Assembly: GCA_044892525.1 (NCBI GenBank)
Contig: CM097885.1
Coordinates: 30,382,001 to 30,446,000, forward strand
Source of the DNA: Schmidtea polychroa
Taxonomy: Eukaryota
Reading direction: 5' to 3'
DNA length: 64,000 nucleotides
This document shows, in pieces, positions 23,651-37,100 of the stretch. Position numbers and translations under genes: made by a program. Under the pieces are notes generated by a model. It was not told the DNA's origin. It made no database searches and worked only from the letters and a program-made list of their open reading frames with translations. The stretch's first letter is position 1. Each line of letters starts with the position of its first letter.

Positions 23651-25437
23651 TACTCCAATCGTTTATGCTTGGTTGTCAATCGTACACTATATCCAATTAC
23701 AACCGGACATAAACAAACGTTCTCGTTCTATCTCTATTCAAAACATTTCCCGATAAACCGAGCTCGAGCCGAATACGAGTTCCAATTCACAGTGTACAAT
23801 AATTATCAAAGATACTGAAGAATATTAAACGATATTGGTCAATTTATTTCAAAAGTTCCCTATTATAGTTGGAAGCTAATTCATACTATTGCTAGTGAAT
23901 AGTAAACGTTACTATAATAGAGAAATTGCACGCTCCATTTACTTTGGAAGACCCGAATTGTAGTAACCTGAACTGTGTTACGAGATATCCTCTAGTAAAC
24001 AAGGAACCTATACAAATCCAAAGAGAACAAGACAAATATTTTGTTCACCGATCCCTGGTTGAAACAGTATTAATTACTCTCGTCCCCAAAACTTACAAGG
24101 TCTTTATAATTGGATTTATTTAATAAAGTTTGTAACAGTTATCTAGTTTGTTGTTATTACGTTATCTTTGCATCATTTTTTATTTATCGTTGTTTTTTGT
24201 AGGTTTCACACACACGCACCCCGATTGTCCCGATACAATTGTTTTAACGGTGATCAATCATACAAATATAGTATTCATTAATAACTTAACTCATATCTCC
24301 TTTATTCGCTTTTCCCCACCAAAAAGTCGATTGCGGTTGTCACTCATCAGCACCTTATTATCACTTTACTCCTAATCGTTGTTTCTCTTTTGGCGCGCTT
24401 AATCTATTTAACTCTGATCAATTTCATTTTACTCAATTAATATTCTCAATTTATTCACTATACTCATCCAATTCGGTTTTATCAATTTCTCAGCCGCTCC
24501 CTAAATTTGGTGCTGGTTCATATTACTTTGGTCCCCGACCAATCATCGACGTTTTGGTTATTATTATTATTAAATTATCGACCGAAACCCTGTACATTTT
24601 AAGATTTAATAAAATTATAACACAATATTTTCTATTCCATTACTCACTGTTGAGAATTAAATATAAATATCTATTCTTCATTAAAATCAATCAAATAATT
24701 TAGCTAGCTGTAAACATTAAGTTTACTCAATTGTTCCGAGAAATCCATATTTTAAGTAAAATTATTATTTCATTTAAAATATATTTAAAACCAGTATATT
24801 TTAATTACAAAAATAGTTATCAATAAATCGAGTAAGGGGTATGAAATTATTTAGAATCAATAAGTAATACACAGTGTAATAAGTAATATGTACGTACTTG
24901 GTACTCACGAGCGTATACACGCACATATTAACATTATTTAATACATATTAACCAATCAAAATCATGCATTAATATTGCATCTTTATTGCATGAGTAATAT
25001 CAAAACCGAAAAGTTCATTACATCATTAAATTATAACTTCTATTACAGTATTTTAAACTATATTCAATCACTAATTATTGCAAAATAATAAATTATTTCA
25101 GTTAATGGTTATAAAATCAAAATATTACAAAAAATCAAAACAACATTACGAAATCTTTCAATAAATTACAATAATGTTATGAAGTATTCATTAAGTTGCA
25201 ATAAAGTCGGAAATTATTTCCGTGAATGGAAACATTTTAATAAATATTTTGGATTTCGCCATTTTGACATTCTAGCGTTTTATATATAATAAAATTAATA
25301 ATTATTAAAAAAATAATATTTCATAATAATAATAATAATGAAACAAAACATTGGTTAATCTAAAATTTAAAATATATGACTGAAATTTAAAATTATTTAA
25401 AAATTTTATTATTTTACCATAAATCAAAATCAAAATA

Positions 25438-26091
25438 TTATTCTAATTTTATTTTTTTCAAAATTGTATTATCTTCTTGATTTTCGAATTTTCTTTTTAA
25501 GGTCATATTTTTGGTGGTGTTTAAACAATTATTGTTATTTTTATTCATTTTGATCCAATAATAAACGGTAGGAATTGATACTTGTAAAGATGAAGCAATA
25601 CTAGATAAAGATTCATTATTTTCGTATCTTTCTATTGCTTTTAATTTCTCACTAACTGGAATCTTTTTGTTTTTTTTTAATTTTTTGTTGTAAACATTAT
25701 TGTTTATTGTCAGGGAATTTATTTCCTTAATTTTTTGATACGAAGAGGCATTATTTGCTATTGTTTCACTTTTTTGCAATCTTTGAATTACTTTTAACTT
25801 TTCACTTGTTTTAAGGCAATTTTCTTTAATTTGAGCTAATAATTTATCTTTAATTTTGATCCAGTATAAAATGGATGATGAAGAAATGTTATAATTTAAA
25901 GCAATATTTACTAATTTTTCACCGTTTTCATATTCTTCAATTGCCTTTAATTTGTTATCGTTGCTCAGCTTTGTTATTCTCATTTTTTTTGAATTTTGTG
26001 GATAAATATTTTTTTGTGAAAAGTTAAAAATGTTATTAGTATCTTGCCCTTTGTTCTCATTTTCCAACATATCAATTGCTTCTAATTTCAT
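25438..26091 (-). CDS. Intronless protein with repeated CENP-B-N/pipsqueak-like helix-turn-helix units (217 aa)
   Basis: KLKAIEEYENGEKLVNIALNYNISSSSILYWIK; EKLKVIQRLQKSETIA; EKLKAIERYENNESLSSIASSLQVSIPTVYYWIK; no DDE domain follows. Confidence 0.75.
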   Translation of the reverse strand: MKLEAIDMLENENKGQDTNNIFNFSQKNIYPQNSKKMRITKLSNDNKLKAIEEYENGEKLVNIALNYNISSSSILYWIKIKDKLLAQIKENCLKTSEKLKVIQRLQKSETIANNASSYQKIKEINSLTINNNVYNKKLKKNKKIPVSEKLKAIERYENNESLSSIASSLQVSIPTVYYWIKMNKNNNNCLNTTKNMTLKRKFENQEDNTILKKIKLE

Positions 26092-26667
26092 TTTTGGTGA
26101 ACTTTTAAAGGAATTTCCGTCTAAGAATTTGTTTGTTATTTTTCCTAATTATTTTAATTAAATTGTAATAAATATTAATAATTTATTATTTTCACAAAAA
26201 TCTATTGGACAAAAATACATTTAAAATTTTAGTATTCAACGATAAAGATTAAAAAGGCTGTGCCGAAAATTCGAGAATATTAAAAAAACATTGATATCTT
26301 TAGTGATTCATAAACAATTTTTTAATAAATATAATGTCAATAGATAATCTAAAATTTATTAGAATCCTTTAAAAGTAAAATTATTTGTTCATAGCATTTT
26401 TCGGAATTCGGTGTCAAAAAGAATTTTCATATTTAGAAACAAAATGAAAATCTTCACCAAAATCTCAGTTTACGACTTATGACAAGGAACAAAGATGAAA
26501 TATGAAGCCATTTCTAAGTAATAATTATTAATAATATTTATTAAAATCTACAATTAAACTCTTTTATTTTCGATTATTATTTAAACAACTATTAATATTA
26601 TTCAAATAAAATATTTTTCTTTCGTTAAGAATCAACTCCTGTATCAAAATAAAAATATTATTCTAAT

Positions 26668-28645
26668 TGAGATTGACAAGGACTATCTTATAGTCAAAAT
26701 ATTTTTCATTAAATACATTATTCGCAGCAAAAGGCTTAAATTATCACTTAATTGTTTTAAATAATAAATGCTGCTACCAAGAAATCATCACTTTATACTT
26801 TCCAAAGGCCTGAGCCGGGCAAAATACTTGGAAATACGGAATTTACCTAGAATCAACGAGAAAATTGCGAAATTATGCTGACAAATAAATTTCCTTCGCC
26901 GATGTAAGGAAACAAAGATATATCCTACAACAATTGACAACATCCACTTACCTGAGATTCTCAACAAAGATCAAAACATCAAGAGAAATAAAAACATCAA
27001 AGAGTATATTTTAACAAATTTAATTAGAAGTATGTACGGAGAAACTCATCGGGAACAAAAGAATCAAGAAAACATTTTGAAAACGTATTTGAATAACCAC
27101 CAAAAAGAATTGATCTACGAAGTACAAATACAAGCTTTCATGACAGCAGAAACACATTATTCCCTGCGATTTGACAAAAGAATCAAACACTTTTTGAGAA
27201 AAAAAGAAGCTCAAAGCAGGCCTTGGTGCGAACAATGAAGCACTGGGCGGAAACAAAAGCATTACAGTGAATAGAGAAAACAAAAACTGGTAACCGACCT
27301 CACAAATTGTCTATCCGAATGTGAAAAAGGATTACTTTCACTAGGACTAAAGTTCAGTATAAACAGAGAAATAGACGAAGCAGCCATTCGCAATTTCAAA
27401 ACAGCTCTTTGTCACATTGCGTACCAAATCAAAAGAAACAATGCAATACCTCATGAAAATAACGAAGAAAAGCTCCCAATATATATAAACACAGATAAAC
27501 TCTATCATCCAAATCTTTCTGCAGAATTAGATTCAACACTTTCAAAGGTTTGCCACAAAATCCTGGAGATAGTTGAGAAGGATAAAGAAAACCATATCTC
27601 TCAATCCTAACGAAAAATGAACAAACAATATTAAAATTCTTTATAAAGAAACCATAGGGTTACTTACCAAGTTACAAAGGGGAGAATTTTGCATTATAGA
27701 AAAAAATCGTTACTGTGAAGCTGCTTACGAACACCTCGGCAACATTGAAACATACAAGAAAGTCAGCAGCATGTCCCCAAAATGAAGATCAACAAAGTAT
27801 GGAAGGCTATTGCTCTGGAAATGGGACTCAATAACAGAATAACCAAGAGCTTCGTCACAAAAAATTCTGATTTTCCCAACGTCTACCACCTAATAAAAAC
27901 CCATAAAGAGGGTCCTGCTATCAAAATTAGAACTATAGTATCCAACAAAAATGGGCCAACAACTAAAACAAGTTGGCTCCTTACAAAGATCTTGAAACCA
28001 TTATTGGACACGATACCACACCATCTTCAAAGCAGCGATACCATGTCAGATTCAAAGAATCAATTATCATTATAAACAGACGGCTAAAAATCAATACTAA
28101 AGAAGAAATCAATGAAATCATCAATTTGATCTGTTGTCATTGACCATGAGAATAACTGATAATATATAAGAAATATAATAAATTTAAAAAAGTAATTATT
28201 AAAATAATATATAAAAAGATAGGATTTAAAAATCAAAATTGACACATTTATTGAAATATTTAAATCGCGTATATAAGTAGTTATTGGAGGCTTTATTTTA
28301 TAAATATTTAAAATATTTTGAAATATTTTATTGGAGTAGGCTTCTAGGGCTAATTATAGAAGCTTTAAAAATTTTTAAATTTTAGTTGGTGTCTTTTGGA
28401 ATTTTAAATGAGATTTATTTAAATTTTAAATAAAATTTTTAAAAATTTTTAAAAGTTCAGAAAAAGAAAGTATATCATTATATTATATTTATAACCAATG
28501 AGAAGTAAAAAATAAGAAATAAAAGAAAGATAGAAATGTATGTTCGGGAAGAAGATTGCTAAATTCCAGGAGACTGACAAGGACTATCTTAAAGTCGAAA
28601 ATCTTTTCATTAAATTTGCAGCAAAAGGCTTAAATTATCACTTTA
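26668..28645 (+). mobile_element. Degenerate Penelope-like retroelement with direct pseudo-LTR remnants
   Basis: FLRRCKETKIYP, LSECEKGLLSLGLKFS and VYHLIKTHKEGPAIKIRTIVS match Penelope N-terminal and RT motifs 1-2, with stops and frameshifts; ~80-bp direct repeats at ~26668-26752 and ~28570-28645. Confidence 0.8.
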
Positions 28646-30178
28646 TTGTTTTATTATTATTATAAATGTGCATCTAAATTTATCTTTAAAAATTATTTCA
28701 TTAAAATTTTTATTAAAAAATTTCATTTCTCAAAAGTTATTATTACAATAATTTTTAAATTTTTAACTTTAATTTACTTATTTAAAATTCTAGACTACTT
28801 TATTTTTAAATTTACTCTTAAATTTACGTAATTTAACCCTTATTCACCAAATATATCCATTGATTTAATTATTTTTAAAATGTATCACTTAATTTATCTA
28901 TTTAACCAATAATTGCACGTGGTCATTTGGTTGTAAGTACTTGGTTGTAAATAATTAGTAGCTGATAGTTGGTATCTGTTTGTAAATATTTAGTTGTTAG
29001 TAATTGGTAGTTAGTTGTAAGTTGTAGGTATGTGGTTGTAAGTGTTCAGTATCTAGTTGTTAGTTGGTTGTTAGTACTCGGTTGTTGAATTATTATTATT
29101 ATTAACCTTAATTTACCTAATTAATTTAGACTTTAATTTACTTATTACTACCAATTCTCATCATAATTCAAAATTTACTACTTAATTTTAAAATATAGTC
29201 CTTCATTTACTTATTTAACCAATAATTTCATGTGGTTATTGATTAATTCACAAAGATTTAAATCATAGTTAATTCGTCCGCATAGTCCTACGACTATGCC
29301 GACTACCAGGATGGATTTATGCGCCATATTCTTTGGTTAAACACCATTTGTTCACTTTTTTTTGTTCGACTCTCGACGACTCTTTATCTCTGTAACGCTT
29401 CAGTGATCAACAAGACTAACTCACTAAGATGTTCTTGACCCATCGAATTACGAAGATAATTTTTGATTTATTAATTAAAATATATCATTTTTTCAGGCTT
29501 GAAAATGAAACCCCCGCAGTTGCGGGCCCTAGGGGTCCAATTTACACCATTTTTGTATCAAACTAGATTTAAAAGATCAAAATAATCATTGAGATTATGT
29601 TGGATCATGGGATCAAAGTTTTCACAAGGTTGAAAGTCATCAATATCAAAGGTCCAATAACATAAAATTTTTAGAATTAATTTTGCATATTTAAAAATCT
29701 TCTTTAAATCTTTTTACATTTTCGAAATTTATGATTTCAGTCAGGCGCTTACCCAGGACGACTCACGGGCTTGAGCCACCCAAGACCATAAAAAATCATT
29801 ATATTTATTGTGACGCTTGTCAAATTTTAATGCGTGAAATTATCCTAAGTAATAACTGGAAACAATTAACTACAAAAGAGCTAACTAAGTGCTCAGGACA
29901 ATAAGATTTGATAAGCAGCGGCGTTGACTGTATAAAATGAGCGGCACCGTTTATAATAAATACAATGAATTTGACGCCATTCCTATTCAAAATGAATATT
30001 TTATTTTCTCATGTATTATATATTGAAAATAAACTGGACACTTAAAAACTTTTTTCTCAAGTTGAGCCTTCCCATGCAAAAATCCTGGGTTCGCACTTGA
30101 TTTCAATACATTTATTTCTACTTGACTCATTTACATGACTCTATGTGCAAATGTTAAATATATATATATATATATATA

Positions 30179-30451
30179 CAGCACCGGCGCTAGAGTTTCA
30201 GATGATGTGTGTAAATTGCATATTACCGCCTTCGCATTCCACAATAAGAGTAACAAAAACGATAAACTATTTTTCAAAACAAAAATATTTTTCACAGATG
30301 GAACAATATTGTTCAAATTGGACTAGTTATTAAACAATAGAATGGAAATTGTTATGAAAATAACAAATTTATGTACAATTTTGCCGCCTTTTGTATTTTT
30401 CCGCCGTGGCGCCTGCGTGAAAATCACGCATCGTACCCGCCTCACGCCGGG

Positions 30452-30455
<4 letters not shown>
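30179..30455. mobile_element. hAT-like MITE within a (TA)n tract
   Basis: Imperfect TIRs CAGCACCGGCG / CGCCGGGCCTA, with (TA)n on both flanks. Confidence 0.4.
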
Positions 30456-30510
<55 letters not shown>

Positions 30511-31174
30511 TCTTCACCGATTAACAACTTTTAATATGAAAAAACCGAGGTTACTCAATGTATTATTTACAAGTTTAAAAAAATTTAACAGTTTTATAAA
30601 TCTAAAGATGTATGTACTAAATGTATTAAATTATATTGGACTCATTTGTTTGCTGTGCAAATGCAAAGCGAATTAATTCCAATGAATCAGTAAAGTGAAA
30701 TTATTTTGCTCATTTTAAACGTAGTAAAACATCGTTAAATGGCCTCTACAATTTTTAAATAGGTTAATGCATAAATAACACATGAAATGAAAATACTTAA
30801 AATATAAAATTGAATGTTAAAAATTTTATAATCAAATATATATATATAGTATATTTATGAGGGCATTTAGTCATTTTATCAACAGGGATTCTACAACATT
30901 TTATTATTGGTTTTAAATTACTGAAATTTGAATTTATTAATTTTTTAAAGCACATGAAACTTTCAATTATACATTTATAATGAGTCCATTTCAGTAATAA
31001 TTAATAAAACGACTACTATATATAGAAATTTAACCTACTTTTGTAATTTAACCTTTACCCAGAATTTACTACTCATCCCTTTATGTAATACATGTGCATC
31101 TTACATAATATGTGTTTAAATTTGTTAACGACTCGTTTAAAACTGGTTAAGTAAATTATTATTTGTAAAAAGTT

Positions 31175-34100
31175 ATGCTCCTTAGTAAGTTTATTTTTAA
31201 TGGTTATTTATTTTAAATTAAATTAGATCGAAAATTTATTACAAATTTATACTGTTATAAAGGTTACTTTAAATTATTGTGCTCTTTTGATATTCCGTTT
31301 AATATGCATAAGCATTCTCAGATTGTTATTTTATCAAAATATTACAATACGAAAATAAGCAGTCATAAAAATGAAGTAGAAAAAATGAATTATTTAGCAA
31401 ATGAATTGTGTAGGCCTTATGAAATTTTATTAAATTCTTTATCTCATAACTGGACTATTCCTCCGGTGCCGGAGCAATTTTGCTATTGTGAAGGTTGGAC
31501 CAAATATGACAAAAAAAATTCTTTTCACAAAGTTTCGTTTCCTGACGAAGATGTTATGATATTTGACATTGAAGTAATTGTGAAAGAAGGTAATTGGCCA
31601 TCAATTGCTGTGTGTTTGGGAAAAAATTCTTGGTATAGTTGGGTGTCAAATCGTCTGATTAAACCAGATAATGTGAACGGGAATATTATTTATTCTGATG
31701 AATTAATACCACTTTTTGATAATAAAGATAGAAATGGTTTTCGTTGTGTAATTGGACATTTTGTTTCGTACGACAGAGCAAGAGTTGCAAATGAATATGT
31801 TAATCAGGTAATGTTAAAAATAGAATGATTTATATAAACTTTGGGAATTTTTAAAAAGTATTTTTTAGATATTTATAAATTTTAAAAGTTAATAAAAAAT
31901 GAAAAGAATAAATATCACCATAAATGTCTAGTAATATTTTTAAATGTATATTTAGTTAACAATTTCTTTACAATACTTATTTCAAATAATTTTGATTTGC
32001 CATACATAAAGTCTAATATCTATATGCCCTAATATATATTGATATTTTCTATAATACATAGTTGCCATAGTTAAGATTAGGTTTTATTGAATTCTAATGG
32101 TTGATGTCATTTTATTCTCATTAATTCTTTACACTTCGTGCAAGTAGGTCAAATCTTTGTTTTTAGAGAATTTCATGATAAAAATTTTATACACTTTCAA
32201 TAATTAATACTCATTTTTGAAGTAAGAATTAAATTAAAAATTTGTGATAATTTTGTTTAGAGTTCAAACACCAGATATGTTGATACCATGTCAATGCATA
32301 TTGCCATTTCTGGCATGACCACGAGTTTACGGCAAAGATACAAAACATCTGGAAATTTGAAGGTAGTTATGAAAATGGTATTATTTAGAAAACAAACATT
32401 TTTCATAGTGGAAAAAAGTCACTAGTGGAAATAGTCTGGTGGATGTATATTCTCTTTATTTACCCAATAAAAAACCACCACAAAATAAAGACAAAAGAAA
32501 TATTTTTGTTAATGGATCTTCTTCTGATATTATTAATAATTTTCAAGATTTGATGAAATATTGTGCAAATGATGTTCTAATGACAGCTGAAGTTTTTCAA
32601 AAAATTTTCCCTATATTTCAGAACAGGTTAGTTAAAATTTATTTATTGAAAGGATATTTATATTATTCAAAAATAGATTATTGCATTTAAATTACAAAAT
32701 TTAAATAACTCATTTTATTTGTCATTTTCTTAAACAAATTTGGAGGCAAATATGAATGTATTTCTATATAGGATGGAATTTTGTAGAGTTTGCCATTTAA
32801 AATAAAAATAACTGGGATACATATTATTATGGTTTTAAGTTACCAAAGGTTGGTTTTATATTAAATCAAAAATTGAATAAAATAATAGTTATTATTCTTC
32901 GTTGTTTGATAATACCATTAGAAAGCTCACAAGGAGAATTGGAATATAAAATAAAATTGATTTGAAAACTTTCAATAGACTATTGGGAATGGCAGAAATG
33001 TTCACTGGGAGATTTCCAACAAAAATATTAATATATTTTGCTAGTCTGATAAGCAGACAATCCATTTGAATGAGGATGAGGATTATGTAGCTTAAAATTA
33101 TAAAATAGTAACTGAAAGTAAAATTATACATTTCAAAACAATTTACGCAGTTATTACAACACCAGCGTAACACGTCGAAAAATCATCGGTTTAAATACAT
33201 TCAACATGCTGTAAGTAGCTGTTATTATTAATTATTAATATTAATTAATATTAAAAAATTATTTTAGATTATTAATTTTTATTACTTTATTATTATTAAT
33301 TATTAAAATTATTATTAATAAATTTTTTTTACATTATCATTATTATTTATTTTAATTATAATTATTATTAATTAATATTAAAAAATTATTTTAAATTATT
33401 ATTTATTATAATTGTTATTAATTATTATTAATAAATTTTTTTTACATTTTTAATTTTTATTACTTAATTATCATTATTATTATGATTATGATTATTATTA
33501 TTATGATTATTATATTATTATTATTCATTATTATTAATAAATTATTTTACATTATTAATTTTTGATTAAATAATTAAACATACATGGCAATGATTTAATT
33601 ATAAGAAAATGCTAATCAAACATTCTTTTCGGGTTATATTTTGACAGATTTTCTGCCATCATTAGGTAGGATATAATAACTATAAATTAAGGATTTTTAA
33701 ACAAATTTATTGATTGTATTAATTATATAAAAAAAATTTTAATAAAAAGATTTCATTCTTTTAAAAAATATAATTAAATTAAAATATTATTTTTTTAATT
33801 TTAACATTTAGAATTTAATTTAATAATTTTACAATCGATACAAAAAATTATTTAAAAAAATTTAAAACACAAGTATTCACTGCATTCTGCACATTAATTT
33901 TCAGATTCAATGATTTTATCAATAACGCCTCACAAATTATACGTTCCCAATAATTATCGAAATTTTTATAATCAGACATTCCTATTATAAGACTCTTACA
34001 GTCAATGCATTCGGTCTATAATGCTCTCGAGCTCGAATACAGAGATGACGGGAAGTCTCTCCAATGTATGTGGCATTACACCCATTACATGTAAACTGAT

Positions 34101-37100
34101 AAATTAAATCGGAACACAATTCGACCGGAGTTTTTGACTTATTAATAAACATATTACGTATTTTCCATGAAGTTGACACTATCCTATAGTCTAAATTCCC
34201 TAACTGCTTTCTTACCTTCCTTTTATAATCCTTTAAACCTTCTTAGTACGGCAATAATAACACAAATTTAGACTTGCTCACACTATTTAATTTACTTAAC
34301 TCATCAGACTCACACACCTCAACTAAATCCCACCCAGATTTTCTCAAACATGGATTTATTAATTTATTTATTATTAAATGGATTTTTAATAAATTTGTCA
34401 ACAGTCTCTTACCATAATTAATAAAAGGTATTTTGAATAACCGTTCTCCATTAACAATTCGACCAATTTGTCAACACTTTTTACTGAATTTTCAAAAGTA
34501 TAGGACAAAGACCATGAACGATAAATCAAGAGAAATATAAGAGAAATATGGTGAATTGGTTGATTTATCGTTAATGGTCTTTGTGAATTCAGTAATAAAT
34601 ATCAGCATAAATTAAGTAATTTAACAAATCAAGCATTAGTTACGAAACACAAAATTAAACTTTCTCAACACAATTTAATACCAGCGTAATATTAACATAA
34701 TAATTATTATTATTAAATTATTTATGATTTCTATATAATTTTGTCCAAACAGGCACTTTAAAATCGATATAGTTTCTTGATTTTTATCGGATGATGACAA
34801 TGAATCTGTCGAAATATATTATGTAATTGATAATAGAATGAGATTTTTTGGTAATTATTATTATTTATTATTATTATTATTATTAATCATCACAAAAAAT
34901 TAAATATAAATCGAAATTATAAATTTTTCAAATGAAATTCCGAATAAAATGATACAAGATACCTTAAAATTAGATGAGATTGATTTAAGTTACGACACGT
35001 TATGCACCACCTGGTTTCCAAATCCAGAATATTGTTTTGTCTTTTGTAATAACATATTATATGTTACCATCTGCAAGAGTCAGTTCACCTTTATTTGATA
35101 TCAATAACATCATTCGGTCAGAATTATCCCAATTTTCTCCATGTGACTAAATAATAAAATTCCAAGCTTATTGTTTTTTTTACAATTTTCAAAGTAACCA
35201 TATCAAGCCTGGTAGTGTATAGAATATACCAAAAATTGTAAATTATTTTTCTATCAGCCTTGTATAAAAGATAAGTAACCATTCAAATAATGTTATTAAA
35301 CATTTATATACCAATAAACCCAATCGAAGCTTCATGATTGTTACTTATTATTATCATGTCTTAATATATCATCACAAATTCCGCAGTTTTTAAGTGATTT
35401 TCTTTTTTTTATCAATTTTCTTTAGATTTCCTCATAAATCTGTCCTTTATGGCATGTTAGAATTGAACTCTCTATACTTACCGACGAATAATAAGTGGTT
35501 TCAGTTTTTAAATCAGACAAATAATGATTTTGACAACTTTGGTTCAAATTACCAAAAAAATATTCTTATGAAAGCCGCTAACGTAGGATTGGCAATCGGA
35601 AAAGATGGCAAGTAAAAAAAGGTCACTGATGATTAAAATTAACAAAATAACTAGTTACAAAAACGATCCATGGCTATGGGATTTAAAATGGACTAAACAT
35701 TTACCTATTTGGTATAAAGATTTAATTCCCAAGAATTCATCAGGAAACGCAAACAGTTGTGAACCTTCATTAATAAATAGTACTATGGGCATAGCTGTAA
35801 AATTGTTAAGATTGCGATGGGATGGATTGCCTTTGTATTATGATAAAACATACAGATGGGGTATTATAAAACCATGCAAAACTCTAAAAAGTGATAATGA
35901 TATCATAATTACGATGCCTGAAAATTTTCCAAAAAGGTAATAAATCAGGAACGTTATAATAATGATAATATTTAGAGAATATTTTAAAGATTACGACCAA
36001 CCCCATGACTTAGAGGTAAGTATAAGTTTATTGTTTATTAACTTTATTAATATTTCATTGAAATTGCAAATGGGTATCAAATTGAAAGATTTGAATGATT
36101 TTCTAATTAATAATATAAGGGAAGCCCATTTGTTACAAACATTACAAACTAGTAGTTGATGACATAGTAAAAATTACTAAACATTTACCAACTAACTAAA
36201 ATCAGCATTGTAAGGAACTCAAACAAATAAAATCATATACATATCCAATTTGATCTTGTTTTATTTTTCCATCTCCAAATTTCAGCAACCGTTCAGCAAG
36301 TAAACCAGCATTAAGGTCTTCTGATAATCCAGCTGACTAGATACAATAGATATAATTAATAGCAGGAGTACCATTGATATGTTGGGCTTATGATCCAAAT
36401 AAACCTGGCATGTATTCGAGACCATTGAGGTAAAGTCTCAAAATTTTGCAGAGCTGAAGGGCTTATTACCAAACGCATGTTTGATAAATTTGAATATTCT
36501 ATCTTTACTATGTTCTGAGATATTTAATTTTTATTTTTGTACAAACTACTGGTTGATTTATATTTTGTTGATAAAATAATTTTATTGATATAATAATTTT
36601 ATTGATATAATGTTATTGATATAATAATAATTGATATTATAATAATAATCATATACTCGCCTTATTTAACATTTCAACAGATAATTGAGTTTTAAAGGGA
36701 TTAAATTAATTTTGAAACCCTGTAAATATAACATTTTATATAATAATTTACATACCATATAATAAATGAACAAAGTTTATTTTAGCAATATTATATTAAA
36801 TTTCATATATGTATAAATGTATTGATTAAGCTTAAATTGTAATGCTTGCAAAACGTTCGATGATTATTGCAGTCTTTAACACATAGCATGTGCGCAAATT
36901 GATAAAACGGAATGGAAAAATAGGAAATGTTTGTGTTGTGTAATTAGGAAATCCCCTATGTTATCTGTTTTGGGTTTACCTATTAAGTTTCAAATGAATC
37001 AATTGATTTAGCAATTGGCAAAGAAAGCAGAAAAGTCCAAAATCTAAAACGAAAGGTGGACATGCTCTGATTGTAGAATAAATAAAAACAATTTTTAATG

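Noticed and set aside
29280..29300. GCATAGTC-ctac-GACTATGC hairpin suggesting a Helitron/Helentron end
   Set aside because: Could not identify a matching other terminus or insertion signature
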